In this document: positions 39,059-52,419 of the stretch, piece by piece
Position numbering within the stretch: position 1 is the stretch's first letter
Layout: each line of letters starts with the position of its first letter
From: Thalia democratica
Lineage: Eukaryota
Direction: 5' to 3'
Assembly: GCA_965202585.1 (NCBI GenBank)
Contig: OZ241829.1
Coordinates: forward strand, 66,030,001 to 66,094,000
Length of the DNA: 64,000 nt
Program-made: the position numbers and the translations under genes
Notes under the pieces: generated by a model
What the model was told of the DNA's origin: nothing
Seen by the model: only the letters and a program-made list of their open reading frames with translations
The model's database searches: none

Positions 39059-40540
39059 TTATGATTTTAGTAATTTAGCCAAGTGTCTACATTTACCAAT
39101 TAACTTAGTTATGGAGTTGAGAGAGGATTTTTCGTCAGCAAATGCTATTTCCAATCTATTAATAATACACAGAGAGCATATTCTACTCGGTTTGCGTTGA
39201 TTAGTTTTATGCATTATCTTCCATTTAACATTGTTCTTAATCATATCTTCATTGAACTTAGCGGCGTGAAAAAATGAGCTGAATTTTGTGGATTCTTTCA
39301 GATTTTAATTTCTGCAGCTATGTATATTTTCGTTGTATCTTGTTTTAAAGTTTTTTGCAGTGTATCCAAAATAATGCGGTTCTTTGTTATCATATGAGAC
39401 AGTAGCTTTGTATATGAAACGTCTGGAAAGGCATTTACCTTCCACTGGGCATGAGATTCTAATTCTACAATTGAAACTTGTTTCATTTTTCTTTTTGTTT
39501 TTACTTTCCTCTATGATTTTAGACTTGATTTGCTGATTTCGGATTCTATGTTGGGCATACATGAATAACCTATTTTGATTGCCTCTCTGTTGAGAATTTT
39601 ATATATATTTGTTTTTAGGGAAATGCTTATCTACTGATTTAATTTTTTTTTTCCCTATTTTGGTCTTTAATGTTGCTCTAAAAGGAAGGTTGTAGTATAA
39701 CACTTGTTTTTTTTCTTTTTCTATCGCCCCTACCATCATTATGATTTGAGTATTCTAAAACTTTATTAAAACCACTGTTTTTTAACGCTTTCTCGTATGA
39801 TTTCTTGTAATTATCAGACATAGTCTTGTTTTTTGATAAATCAAATAGTATATTTTGTTTCATATTAGTTGGCTCTCTTTTGACGCTTGGTTAGATTTTA
39901 TATTTATGTTTTTTTTCTTTAGCGTTTGGTTTTCTGTGGGGATGATATATTATTCTGTAGATCAAGTAATACATCCAGGAAGTCTATGTTACTGCTGTCT
40001 AATTCAATCTTATTTTTTAAGTTTTGTTCAGAGAAAACCGCTCTAATTTCTTTTCTTGTCTTTTCTATGACTCTTTTTGATCGCTTTTTAATTTTAGAAA
40101 TTCCATCATCGCGCTACTACTCGAAGTTATCTTTAGATAAAAATTAGTTTAGGTTATTCAATAGGAACAAAACGATTAACTTGCAAACTTCAGCGCCATG
40201 GTAGCTTCCCATCGGAACGTCAAATAGGTCTTCTTTTGCATTCTTTTTGATCCAAACTTCGTTGACATGCCTGAGAACTGTCTTGCACGAGTGTAGTATA
40301 GTATATATGTCTGAGTATGTTATTTTCATTTATTTTTTTGCAAGTTCGATCGATTTTTTTAGTAACAGATTATTCGAGATACTTGGGTAGGATTCTTCTA
40401 TATTAAATTTTATAAACGTGTAACTACTCTTGTTGTTGATTTTATTAAACCATTTTATAACATTATCAATTTTTATCAATTGCTGTAACTTAGTTTTTTT
40501 CTTTAACTTTAATCTAAATTCTTAACAATAATTTTATATT
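39059..40540 (-). mobile_element. Degenerate 5'-truncated Penelope-like retroelement (RT C-terminal half plus GIY-YIG endonuclease)
   Basis: Frameshifted - strand fragments: NVIKWFNKI..FIKFNIEESYPSI, FDVPMGSYHGAEVC, (Y)RDDG, DFLDV, YNxPF...KIGYSCMPNI, CPVEGKCL..IYKATV..HYFGYT..FKTRY, CSLC...CRH. This is the typical PLE motif order. Confidence 0.85.
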
Positions 40541-40714
40541 ATAAACAATCAAATAGTAAGTTAAACGCTTGTGCAGCAGCAAACAATTAATGTATATGTT
40601 ATAATACACAACATAAAGGTAATTTTAAAGTAAATAAGATAACTGGTCACTCTTCTTAACATTCTTAAAACTATTGAAAAAATCAAAGACCTTATGTAAA
40701 CACAAAAATTTTTT

Positions 40715-41148
40715 TTGAGGTACATGATGCTCAAAGTGCTGGACACGTTGACGATCCTGCCACCCTTCCTCACAATAGGAAACAGGATCCTGCTGATGTC
40801 GACGGTTCCAGTGTAGTTCGTCCTCACGCAGTCCTCCGCCTTTTTCACTAGCGGCGTCGCGTCGGTCGAGTTGTACGCGATGCCCGCGTTGTTCACGATG
40901 ACGTCGATGCCCCCGTACTGTGACGTCATGAAGCTTTTGAGCCGCTCGATGCTCTTGACGTCGCAAACGTCCAATTCGTGGAACTGGGGGCAGAGTCCCT
41001 CTCTCTCAAGGGTCTTCACCGCCTCCCTGCCGCGCTGCTCGTTCCTGGACAGAATGAAGACGTCCCCGTCGAACTTCTGGCACAGCCCCCTGACGATGGC
41101 GAGCCCGATGCCCTTGTTGGAACCCGTTACTATGGCAACATTTGTCAT
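40715..41148 (-). pseudogene. CBR1: CBR1-like copy 2: intact 5' half, truncated by a duplication breakpoint (reads through to a chimeric stop at 40561)
   Basis: MTNVAIVTGSNKGIG...NNAGIAYNSTDATPLVKKAEDCVRTNYTGT...NVSSTLSIMYL has no lesions. Homology to copy 1 ends at ttgaggtac (equivalent to 5122), so the YxxxK motif is missing. Confidence 0.88.
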
Positions 41149-42556
41149 AATTTTCTCGTGTTTAAAATTTATCTGTCTTAATTTAAAATTTTTAGATATT
41201 TCATTTATTGATAATAATATTTTCATTTTTTATCATAGTATGTAATACTAAATACTTTTAAAAAAAAAAGAAAAGCAAAGTACATGTTGGAAAAATATAT
41301 TATTTAACATGTTTTACTAACTAGTATGCTAATTAAATGTTTTATACTATTGTTTCAAAAAGGAACAAAATTTTCAAAAGTACTATGAATAGTCAGTTTG
41401 ACTGTTAAAATATTACATCATATAACTTTTTTATGTAAAGTTACTAATTTTCGCGCAAATGAAAGTTACTATGAATAAAAATTTGTGCATAAAGCATTGA
41501 GTCCAATAAACGTGTAAAGAAGTGTTTATACTTAACACATACTATTTATTTAAATATGTAAAATTGTGAAATTTAAGTTACAACAAAAAAGGGTTGTTTT
41601 ATTTTTGTATTAAATATAAATATTAAAACAGTTGTAAATAATTTTGAGATTTGTTCAGCATAGTTAGTTTGTTTTCAGGCAAAATTGTAATCTAACTGAA
41701 TTTGTAAGTAATATATGTATTTAATAAAACTTTTTACGAACCGTCTCAATTTTACACACAAAACACTTTGAAAGGTCTTCTGTTTATTTATATAAACATT
41801 GTAAATCGTGTTTGAAAAATAAACTACGAACTGATGGTAAAACTAACTAAGTTAATTAAGTTTGAACTTTAACCAAAAAAAGCTTAGTTTACTTAACTTA
41901 AAAACTTGTAAGTCACTTTCATGTATACTTGTTTACAACTATTTTCAATATATAAAAATGAAAAGGCAGCACTTGTTGGTTATAAGTAAAGAACTTAAAA
42001 CCAGTGAATGTTGGTGGATCATAAACTAAATGTTCTGCTTAGTCTTGCTGTCTGAGGCCTGATTGTCAGTCAGACTTTTCTATACGCTTTACATTAAGAC
42101 GGGCAAACACTGTAGGGTTTTTCAAATATATAGTTTTATCATTTATGTTAACTTTGCGTAACAAAACACAAACTAATTTTTTACTAAAGTAAAGTATTAT
42201 TAAAAGCTTGTAAACTAGACACTATTTAAATTTGAAAAGTAGATACAAATAAATAAAAATCAGAGTCAATACGCTCAACGATTTAATTATAAAAAATTAA
42301 TTTACTTTTTTGTAACTAAAAAAATATTCACTTAACTAGTCTAAACGGCAAGTGCAAAATAAATAAGTTGTGAAGCTGCCTAGCTAACCAACTTTCGGTT
42401 ATAAACGAAATAAAGAATAAGCAAGTCGATTAAATTAATGTTACATCTTTTACTGATTCTAAAGAACTTTCTGTTGTAATTAAAAGGTTTTTTTTTTAAT
42501 AAAAAATTTCTTCAAAATTTTCCAACACAAACTACCATGCAAATGTTAAAAAACAC

Positions 42557-42628
42557 GCTACCGGCTGGATTCGATCTCGGTCTACTCGAATGGGAGTTTT
42601 AGTTTTATCGACTCGACCATCAAGGTTC
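42557..42628 (-). mobile_element. tRNA-like SINE head, duplicate of 6958-7030
   Basis: - strand tgatggtcgagtcgataa...gagatcgaatccagccgg. Confidence 0.45.
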
Positions 42629-44269
42629 GTTTAAATTAATCTTGTAACGTTTATATACTTAATTTTTATCATCATGTTATGAATATTTGTTGCTTTACTA
42701 TCACATAAAACCCATTAGAAAATGAACAATTTTCTCTGATACAAGGAGATTTTTTCAAATAAGAACTCTTATTTTGTGGAATAAGGCGACATTAAAAAAA
42801 AATAAAGTATTTATGCACAGACTAAACTCCTCTAAGTTAAGCCAGTTAATGTTATTCTTTTGAAGACTTAATATACGTGTTTACAATAGGAATTTTTGTA
42901 TACAATTATTTTTTTTTGTTTCCAATCATATTTAAACTGAGAAAACAAAATACTTAATTTTTATAGTATAAAATAAAAGCCGAAAATGTAGTTGATGGCT
43001 ACAGCGAACAAACAACTTTGTGGTTGTTGCAATATAAACATAACAATTGAAATACATACTGAAATATGGAATTACAAGTAAAAAATAAACAGATACTTAT
43101 TGGTATAACAATTACAATAATATACAGTGTAATTGTTGCTCGACACTTCTTTTACAAATAGTTAAAGAACATCTTTCTTCAAGTGTTAATTAATAGAATT
43201 CTGTCTTAAAATTACATTAGCAAATTCACTAACAGTATAAATAGCATATATGAATGTAAACTTTCTTTAATTTCAAAAATATTTGTTATGATTCTATTAA
43301 CAATAATATGAATGTGTTGAAAACTAAGTTTAGTAGGTTTATCTTAGTTATGGTAATGAAAACTTTATTTTAAGGTAATTATAAAGTTGAATTCTTTAAA
43401 AAAATAAACTTATACTTTTCAAAACTTCATAGTGAAAAAAAAAGTTTTTTACAGATGAACTAAAGCTTTGTCAAAGGTTAATAGACTAAAACAGAAACGA
43501 TTTACTACTTGCGATTTTTTAAAAGCTGAAAATTAGATTAAGTTATGTAGTAAAAACAGTTTGATATAAGTAATTTTAATTTGATAAAGTTGTTTTTTAC
43601 CTTGAGACAAATACTTCTAAACAAATAGATAACTTTAAGTCTAAAACCAGTAATTAATCAAAAATAAAACAAAAGCTTTATTCATTTTATTGAGTTTTTT
43701 TTGAAAACTTGTAATTTAAAATTTAATAAAAATATCAACTTTCTTTGCTTTAAGTTCTTGAACTTTTTGTTTTAAACAATTAATCAGCTTGAATTCATAC
43801 TATATTATTTACAAAATAAAGTAATTTATTTTAGGCAAGTGATACAGAGTCAATTTTTTAATAACACAGCTTTTTTCGTTTTATTTTATTTCATGTTTGA
43901 GCAATGTTTTTGTAATATTGATTTTCGTAAGGACTTGTTTTGCAACAAACTTAAAACTTTTATAATGTTTGGAAATCTCCTTTGAAAATATTTTTCCGTG
44001 GTGAATTTAAAAATTAAAACTAGTCTAATGTTTTTTTTCTTAAAAATAAATTGCTTTTTAAGCTTATCAGTGGAAGAATTTTTTTAAAGAAAGTTGTTAA
44101 AGTGAAAATGTTGTTAAAAAATACTTTCAAAAAATTCTCTACAATAGTAAGTAACTTAAAAAAAACTTATAATGAAAATGCAGTTTGTAAGCTATTAAAT
44201 AAACTAAGCAAGGAAAAATATGTCTCAAACAATATTATAAAAATAACTATATTTTTTAATCTTAAGTAA

Positions 44270-44369
44270 NNNNNNNNNNNNNNNNNNNNNNNNNNNNNNN
44301 NNNNNNNNNNNNNNNNNNNNNNNNNNNNNNNNNNNNNNNNNNNNNNNNNNNNNNNNNNNNNNNNNNNNN
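44270..44369. other. Assembly gap (100 N)
   Basis: Run of N. The flanks map to 8668 and 34618 of the upstream copy. Confidence 0.99.
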
Positions 44370-47300
44370 ATCAAGATCCGCCTTTAATGCGTTGTTAAAC
44401 TAAGATGGTTTTTATATCGTTAGTGATTGTTTCAAAATTTATTCTTTAAGAAAAAGCCGTTTGCTCATTAATAATGTCAATAAATGATGAAAACTTTGTG
44501 AGTAAATAGTTTGGTTTGTATTTTATTAGACAGTTTATTTCTGAGCTCTAAAGCTTTTTTGACGGAACAAAATTATTTAACTGTCTGAAAGAATAATAAC
44601 AGAAATTTGTTCTGATCCCGGATTTACGGCTTACTTGAATTTCTTTATCTAATTTAAGGTATCATTGGTTTAGTTAAATACATTTTTGTGACGTCATAAT
44701 TCAGAATACTTCTTCAGTTTTTGATATCTATAGTTTTCTTTTTTGGTTTTAAATCTTTTCTAAGATGTCGTTTTAATGGTGTTGATTTTCAGAAAAAAAT
44801 TATCTTCTTTTTCAGGATGAATGTGAATTTTTATTCAATATCCTTATTTTTCTACGTTTAATTTTCGATAATATATCCCTTTTTCTACAGTATTTGTTTT
44901 TAACGTAGTAATCTAGTTCAAGTTTTTTATTATAGAACCAACTAACACGTTTGATGTACTTTTAGTTTATATTAGTGATGAAAGAAACTTTTGTTACTCA
45001 AGTTTTTGTAGTTTTATATGGTTGTCTGAACTCAGTGAATACCGCTTGTTCTGTATTTATTTCCTTTCAACAACAACAAATAATATTTCTCTATTGTATC
45101 TGGTTAGAATCTTTTACAGAACCTTGAAATTGATCTTTATTTGACTTTTGTTCTTCTTAAAATTATTTTATATAGTTGTAAATTTATGCAAAGCTGGTTT
45201 GTGTTGACCTATCAATTTTACATTTTTGTACGTTTCTTCATTAGCAAACCAAAATGTATTTTTAATTAAGTTAATAGTTGTTATGTTTTGCGATAAAAAT
45301 CCACGAATTTCAAAAATGAATTTTGTTATGTTATTTAAATAAGTTTATAATTTAGCTTTGGTTGCAGTGCAGTTTGTACTTTGCTTTATTTTAAATAAGA
45401 TTTTTTTTTGACATTGAACAAACAATATTTAATTCTAGTAAGTACGTCTCTTTTTTAAACAGTGTTCTAAGTAGACTAATTGATTCATTATAATAATATT
45501 CAATATAATTCAATATGATAATAAGTTTTTATACTATTTAACACATTATCTTACCTTAACTTTAACTTTAAATTAAAAATAGACCCAAAAAAGTGTACTT
45601 TTAAAAACCAGGAAAAAATTTGCCAACAATATTTGGCAACCCTATTTTATGCTATAAACTAGTGTTTTAAATATAAAACTAATATTTTTGATTAAAGGGA
45701 AAGAAAATCAAACAAATTGAAACTGTAAAGTAAGTTGAACTAAAACTAGATAACACTTAACTAATTTTAAGTTGAATTTCTCGAATATGTGATTGCTTTT
45801 GTGTTAACAATAAAAGTATATATTTCGAAACGCTACTTTTAATTTTGATGCTTTCAAATTTCTTAGTTTTTACTTATATAATTAAATAACCAACATATCA
45901 AGATAGCAAGTTAATCTCAAAATAAACGTTCTCTAAGGTAAATCTATGGTAAATTTTTACAGCTTCAGCTTAAAAGTTCAACGTTAGTAAAATAGAAATA
46001 ATAATTTAATATAAAAGCAAGTACTAACTAAATTTTTGAATAAAAGCAAAACTAAATGAACACTTAATTGAATGAAAATTTTAAACCATTTGTATTTTTG
46101 CTGTCATTTTTAAATTTTGTGATGCGCTAAGTTGCAAACTAAGATTTTTAAAGAGTTTCTAACCTATAACCGTTCATAAAATTAGTGTTTGACAAAAGTG
46201 TGCACATTGAGCAGTAAACTTTGAGAAACCAACTTTAAACTACTTTATTTTTGTTTAATTTTGTATCAAACCGTTTCTGAAATTATAAAATTACTGAAGT
46301 ATTTCTAGAGTATCGAGTTCTTAATTTGCTAAACCTAAATTCTTCGTATATTTTTTAGCTTTAAAATTGATATCAAAAGTAAATGAACAAAAACGTTATG
46401 TGTTATTATTAAAATTTTATTTATAAATCTTTTGTTATCCGATTTTTATTTATTTTTCATTCCAGTTTTGTACCTCAAGTCGTGCTTGTGGCCTCCTTTT
46501 CCTGACGCATCTTGTTAGTGTTATTTTACCCATAAAAACAGAACATACTATTAACAGACGAACAATTTTATAATTTTACGAAATAGAAACTAAAACTATT
46601 TATTATATTTAAAATGTGTAATTTCACAGGTGATCATGAAGAATGACCGAGAAGACGAAAAAAGGACCCGAGAACCAGAGGCGAAGTAATTAAGAGATAC
46701 TGAAAATTTGTTCCTACGTCATAGTGTTTCTTACTTTAATAGGTGAATATTGTTTGCTTTCATTTATAAATTATAGTTATAGTTGTTAAAATTAGTTGTA
46801 TTTTAATATTTAAGCATACATTTCAATGTAATTCAGTATAATACAAGTCAAAAGGTAAAATACATTTTAAAGTAAAGTTTTTTACCATTATTACGTCATT
46901 GAATTATTTGGAATGAAGCAGGACCTGACCACAAGGATAGCCTAAACCAGAGGTCGCAGTGAAATTAAAAAAAAAAAACGTTGTCGCGGTCCACACTTAA
47001 TTAAATAATTTTAAAAACAAAAATGGGATAAAATATACTATGATAAAGCACTCGTAAATAGTTTTATTATGAACATTCAAGTTCTTTTATTTAAAGTAGT
47101 GCTTAATGTTATCCGCCATTGAAACTGTCGCTCTACAAACGAAATTTGATTAAATGTTTAGTTATACATAAAAGTTAAGTGAGCTATCAATTAATTAGCT
47201 TCACATGGCGTCAGGTACAAATATGTTGATACTCCTTAAACTTAATTCCTTAATACTCAATAAAAATTAAAAACCGCAGTCATATTATTCCTGGGCAAAA

Positions 47301-50101
47301 TTATGAGTTAACAGTAGCTTTAAAAGGTCCTAACAGTTCAAAAGAAAAACTTATGGAGTATTTGTTACATGTCGTTTTGTTGTAGTAGAAAAATGTAAAA
47401 GTTTAAATTACTGTAAACATACATATACACAACTGAATATTTATTTATGTTATTTCGAACATAACCTTTAGAGTTGTACAACTCAGTACTGTTGACTAAA
47501 AAATTTATTTAAGCTTTTTATTTTATAGGTGTTTCGTACTTTTATAAACTAAAAATACATACTCAGCTTGAATACATTTAATTATATCATTAGTTGTTTA
47601 AAAACACAGTAGTAATAAAATTAAAGTTTGCTTTACATTGTTAAGCTTATTAACTGTACCACAAATTTCAAGTAATTTATTTTTTGATACGCAAAGTTTA
47701 TGGTAATTTTTAGCTTTGATGATGTTGTTAAAAATATTTTTTTGTTGAGAGTTACTTTTATTATTTACTTTAAACTTAGAGATTAAAACAAATACAATAA
47801 TCAAACTTACTATCGAATTTGTAACAACTCAATGAGTAAAAAATGTATTATGTTTATAAAGTTTTCAAAATAGTATAGTTATTAATAAAACTTTAAGTAC
47901 TTTAAAATAAAATATTAAAGTCAAAAACAAAAATAGTGTTGAAGTAAACTTATAAACTGCAGTAATTGTTATAAACGAAATTACAAAATGTTAAAAGTTA
48001 AATGTTATTAAACTTATATTAATACTTGATCTTTGAAAAATAATAGTTTATCTTAACTTAGATTTAAAAGTTGTGCAATATTTATATTCTATACAACATT
48101 AATTAAACAATTTAAAATTTGAGTTTTTATTCTACACAGTGTTTAATGCGTAATGCAATGATCACGAACTAAAAACTGTTTAAAGTAAGACTGACAAAGC
48201 TATATATACTAAATTATATAAGTCTGTTAAATTGACAAAAATTTCAAAGTCTTAATAACGAATTGAATAACTACTACAGAGCTATCATTCAAGTTATTAT
48301 GAGTGTTAAATTAATTTTTTATACAAAAAACTTATTGGATACAGCTTACAATGAAATGAAAATACAAAATACCAATACGATATAAACACAAGCATAAATG
48401 CAACAAACTTAGAAAATGGTAAAATATGCAATTACGGACACGAAAATGTTATGATTTTAGATATTTAGCGAAGTATCTACATTTACCAATTAACTCAGTT
48501 CTGGAGTTGAGAGGAGTTTTTGTCAGCGATCGCTATATCCAATTTTTCAATATTATACAGAGTGCATATTTTGCTCGGTTTGCGTTGATTAATTTTATGC
48601 ATTATCTTCCATTTAACATTGTTCTTAATCATATGTTCATTGAACTTAGCGGCGTGAAAAAATGAGCTGAATTTTGTGGATTCTTTCAGATTTTAATTTC
48701 TGCAGCTATGTATATTTTCGTTGTATCTTGTTTTAAAGTTTTTTGCAGTTTCCAAAATAATGCGGTTCTTTGTTATCATATGAGACAGTAGCTTTGTATA
48801 TGAAACGTCTGGAAAGGCATTTACCTTCCACTGGGCATGAGATTCTAATTCTACAATTGAAACTTGTTTCATTTTTCTTTTTGTTTTTACTTTCCTCTAT
48901 GATTTTAGACTTGATTTGCTGATTTCGGATTCTATGTTGGGCATACATGAATAACCTATTTTGATTGCCTCTCTGTTGAGAATTTTATATATATATTTGT
49001 TTTTAGGGAAATGCTTATCTACTGATTTAATTTTTTTTTTCCCTATTTTGGTCTTTAATGTTGCTCTAAAAGGAAGGTTGTAGTATAACACTTGTTTTTT
49101 TTTTTTTCTATCGCCCCTACCATCATTATGATTTGAGTATTCTAAAACTTTATTAAAACCACTGTTTTTTAACGCTTTCTCGTATGATTTCTTGTAATTA
49201 TCAGACATAGTCTTGTTTTTTGATAAATCAAATAGTATATTTTGTTTCATATTAGTTGGCTCTCTTTTGACGCTTGGTTAGATTTTATATTTATGTTTTT
49301 TTTCTTTAGCGTTTGGTTTTCTGTGGGGATGATATATCATTCTGTAGATCAAGTAATACATCCAGGAAGTCTATGTTACTGCTGTCTAATTCAATCTTAT
49401 TTTTTAAGTTTTGTTCAGAGAAAACCGCTCTAATTTCTTTTCTTGTCTTTTCTATGACTCTTTTTGATCGCTTTTTAATTTTAGAAATTCCATCATCGCG
49501 CTACTACTCGAAGTTATCTTTAGATAAAAATTAGTTTAGGTTATTCAATAGGAACAAAACGATTAACTTGCAAACTTCAGCGCCATGGTAGCTTCCCATC
49601 GGAACGTCAAATAGGTCTTCTTTTGCATTCTTTTTGATCCAAACTTCGTTGACATGCCTGAGAACTGTCTTGCACGAGTGTAGTATAGTATATATGTCTG
49701 AGTATGTTATTTTCATTTATTTTTTTGCAAGTTCGATCGATTTTTTTAGTAACAGATTATTCGAGATACTTGGGTAGGATTCTTCTATATTAAATTTTAT
49801 AAACGTGTAACTACTCTTGTTGTTGATTTTATTAAACCATTTTATAACATTATCAATTTTTATCAATTGCTGTAACTTAGTTTTTTTCTTTAACTTTAAT
49901 CTAAATTCTTAACAATAATTTAATATTATAAACAATCAAATATTAAGTTAAACGCTTGTGCAGCAGCAAACAATTAATGTATATGTTTTAATACACAACA
50001 TAAAGGTAATTTTAAAGTAAATAAGATAACTGGTCACTCTTCTTAACATTCTTAAAACTATTGAAAAAATCAAAGACCTTATGTAAACACAAAAATTTTT
50101 T
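44370..50101. repeat. Duplicate of 34618-40714
   Basis: Starts atcaagatccgcctttaatgc (equivalent to 34618) and stays colinear to gtaaacacaaaaatttttt. Confidence 0.95.
48449..49927 (-). mobile_element. Second copy of the degenerate Penelope-like element
   Basis: Same RT and GIY-YIG fragments as 39059-40540 (ORFs 49531-49716, 48897-49250, 48733-48948). Confidence 0.85.
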
Positions 50102-50823
50102 CTTCAATTAAAATATATTGCATTTGGTTTAAATTGTATATTTGTACAAAGTGTTTATCTCCTTCTTTTTATTCAAAATTTCATTGCTTGCCTAAGCTTA
50201 CCGATTTTCTGTATAAGATTCTATTTTTGTTTTGTAGTAACAACTGCCAGAAGTTTTTAAGCAATGGACATTAATTAAAACTGAGGATGTTTCTTAAAAT
50301 CATGTCCTTCATACTAACTTTAAACCTCATAACAGTTTATACTGAAAAAAACTCTATTTATTAAAAATAAGTAAAGTATTTCAACTAAAACATTAAAAGA
50401 CTTTAAATTAAAACAGTAATGATAAAACAGAAGCGTTTAAATTTGTGTTATTTTTATCACACATGTTTTAATGAATTCACCTTGTTTATATCATAGTTTT
50501 AATTATAACTGTATAAAACTATTCGTTTAACTTACAAAAATAACTATTATATACTATAACTTTTACTAACAACTTAAAAAGGACTTGGTAATTTGAAACC
50601 CTAGGTGATTTAAAATTTTTACAATTATTTTTGTGCAAAAAAAAAACGATGCTCACCTTTTATAACTTAAGACGAACTTTCTATAAAAAATAAATAGTCA
50701 TTCTTATGGAAAAAATTAGAAAATTTTGACTCTCTTGAGGTAGCTTACTTAGTAATTTTTGATAAAAAAAAAGACCTTTCGTCTTTCGACGAAAAGCCTT
50801 TAGAAAAAAAAAAGGGAGAAAAT

Positions 50824-50905
50824 GAAAAAAAAAATGGCGCAAAAAAGCCCCCGACGAGCCGCGGCCGCGGCTCGTCGGGGGCTTTTTTGCGCCATTTTTT
50901 TTTTC
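50824..50905. repeat. Perfect loop-less 82-bp palindrome
   Basis: G A10 TGGCGC A6 GCCCCCGACGAGCCGCGG|CCGCGGCTCGTCGGGGGC T6 GCGCCA T10 C; imperfect pairing extends about 20 bp further on each side. Confidence 0.97.
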
Positions 50906-52419
50906 TTTTTCTCCCTTTTTCTCTACCAACCGTTCCTTTAACCTCACATTTTTTTCTCAATCCCCAATTTTTGAAAAAGCAATCCTCCCCCGCTTACTTA
51001 TAATTGTTTTTTCGAAGCTCCTGCTTCACTTTCAAAATATTTCGCTTCTACTCACCTCTAACTTTTATAGCGACCATGAGAATAAGCCGCTTTTTCACAT
51101 GTACTATTTTGAGTGCTTCGCCTTCGCATTTTCTAATATTTCGCCTACTCCGCTTCAGTCGCCCCGGCCGTAGCTTCACCTCTAGAAATGCTTTAGTTAG
51201 TATCACTCAAACGTACGTTTAACTGGGCTGAATCATGTCAGAGCTCGTTCATATACTGCTACGCCTTCTGAGAGAGCGGCTTCTTTGCTCAACGGCTTGC
51301 TTAGGACGGCACGTGCCTTGCTCTCGCTTTACCTTCCCTTGGTGCTTATTCAATCGGCTCTGTTTAATCGCCTAGCTGCGGTCTTTCGACTCCAGCTCGA
51401 GTCGACGGCCACGTCGACTCAAGCTATATGCCTGCAAAAACACTAACACACAACCCGCCTTCACCACGCCTACCCGCTTAGACGTCTAGGGATTTATTCA
51501 TTACAGCTTTACATTGTAAAATCCCTAAGCTGACTAGGTCGTCAGCTCGCTTTCTGGCACACTACAAGTGCCTCTCTTAATAGTGTAACATTAAGCATAC
51601 GCGTATGATGCCGAAATGTACGTGTTGAAAAATTTGGCTACCCCAAGAGAGTCAAAATTTTTCTTTCTTTCATAACATTACATTTTTACAATATTACTTA
51701 ACTTATATGTGATGCACTTTATATTATCATGTTAACCAACTACACTATACACATCTATAAGGACACTAAGAGGTACGCATTTGCGTAAAGTACGCACTTA
51801 CATTAATAATGAGTTAATTTATTAAGTATAAATGTGAAAGTTTTTGCCTTTTTCAAACTTAAATAATGTGTAACTATATATTATCTTTACTTTATAGCCA
51901 AGTACAGTTTTTTTTTCAGTTAAACAGCTATGACGTTTTAGTTGTAACAAATATGGTTCATTTGCATTGCTAGCTGTTTTAAATATTACAAAGTTACATA
52001 AATAAGAAGTTTTTTTTTTAATTAAAACTGAACAAAGATTTTTTATCACATATACATGTTCCTCCTTATAACAAACTTAATAACTACATGTGCTTTTATA
52101 TAACTAACAAGTTTCTAATATAAAATTTTGTTTTATTAATATTTTATTATCTATTAATTAAAAATTAATATTTTAATATCTATATGATTTGATTCTTTTA
52201 ATTTATTTTAATAACATTTTTGAGTGTGTGATTATTTTTGAAATTATTATTGTCACTCAGAAAATTTTAAAAAATAAATGCTAAAGCTTGTTAGCATTTT
52301 CATATTAATTAACTTAAATTTCATAACTTAAAACTTAAAAATTTTCTTATTAATAATTAATTACAAAACTTGTAAACTGACTATTTCAATTAAGAAAACA
52401 TAACCAAACCAGTTTATAA

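Larger units (their letters stand above)
40715..44269. repeat. Duplicate of 5122-8668
   Basis: Colinear and near-identical from the CBR breakpoint to cttaagtaa at the gap edge. Confidence 0.95.

Noticed and set aside
50681-51222. Short ORFs across the palindrome and GC island
   Set aside because: Low-complexity K/F-rich translations generated by the A/T tracts and dyad symmetry.
51525-51560. Possible hammerhead ribozyme (CTGACGA near GAAA on the - strand); also CTGATGA near 37452
   Set aside because: The spacing leaves no room for stems I and III, and no proper stem II-GAAA follows.
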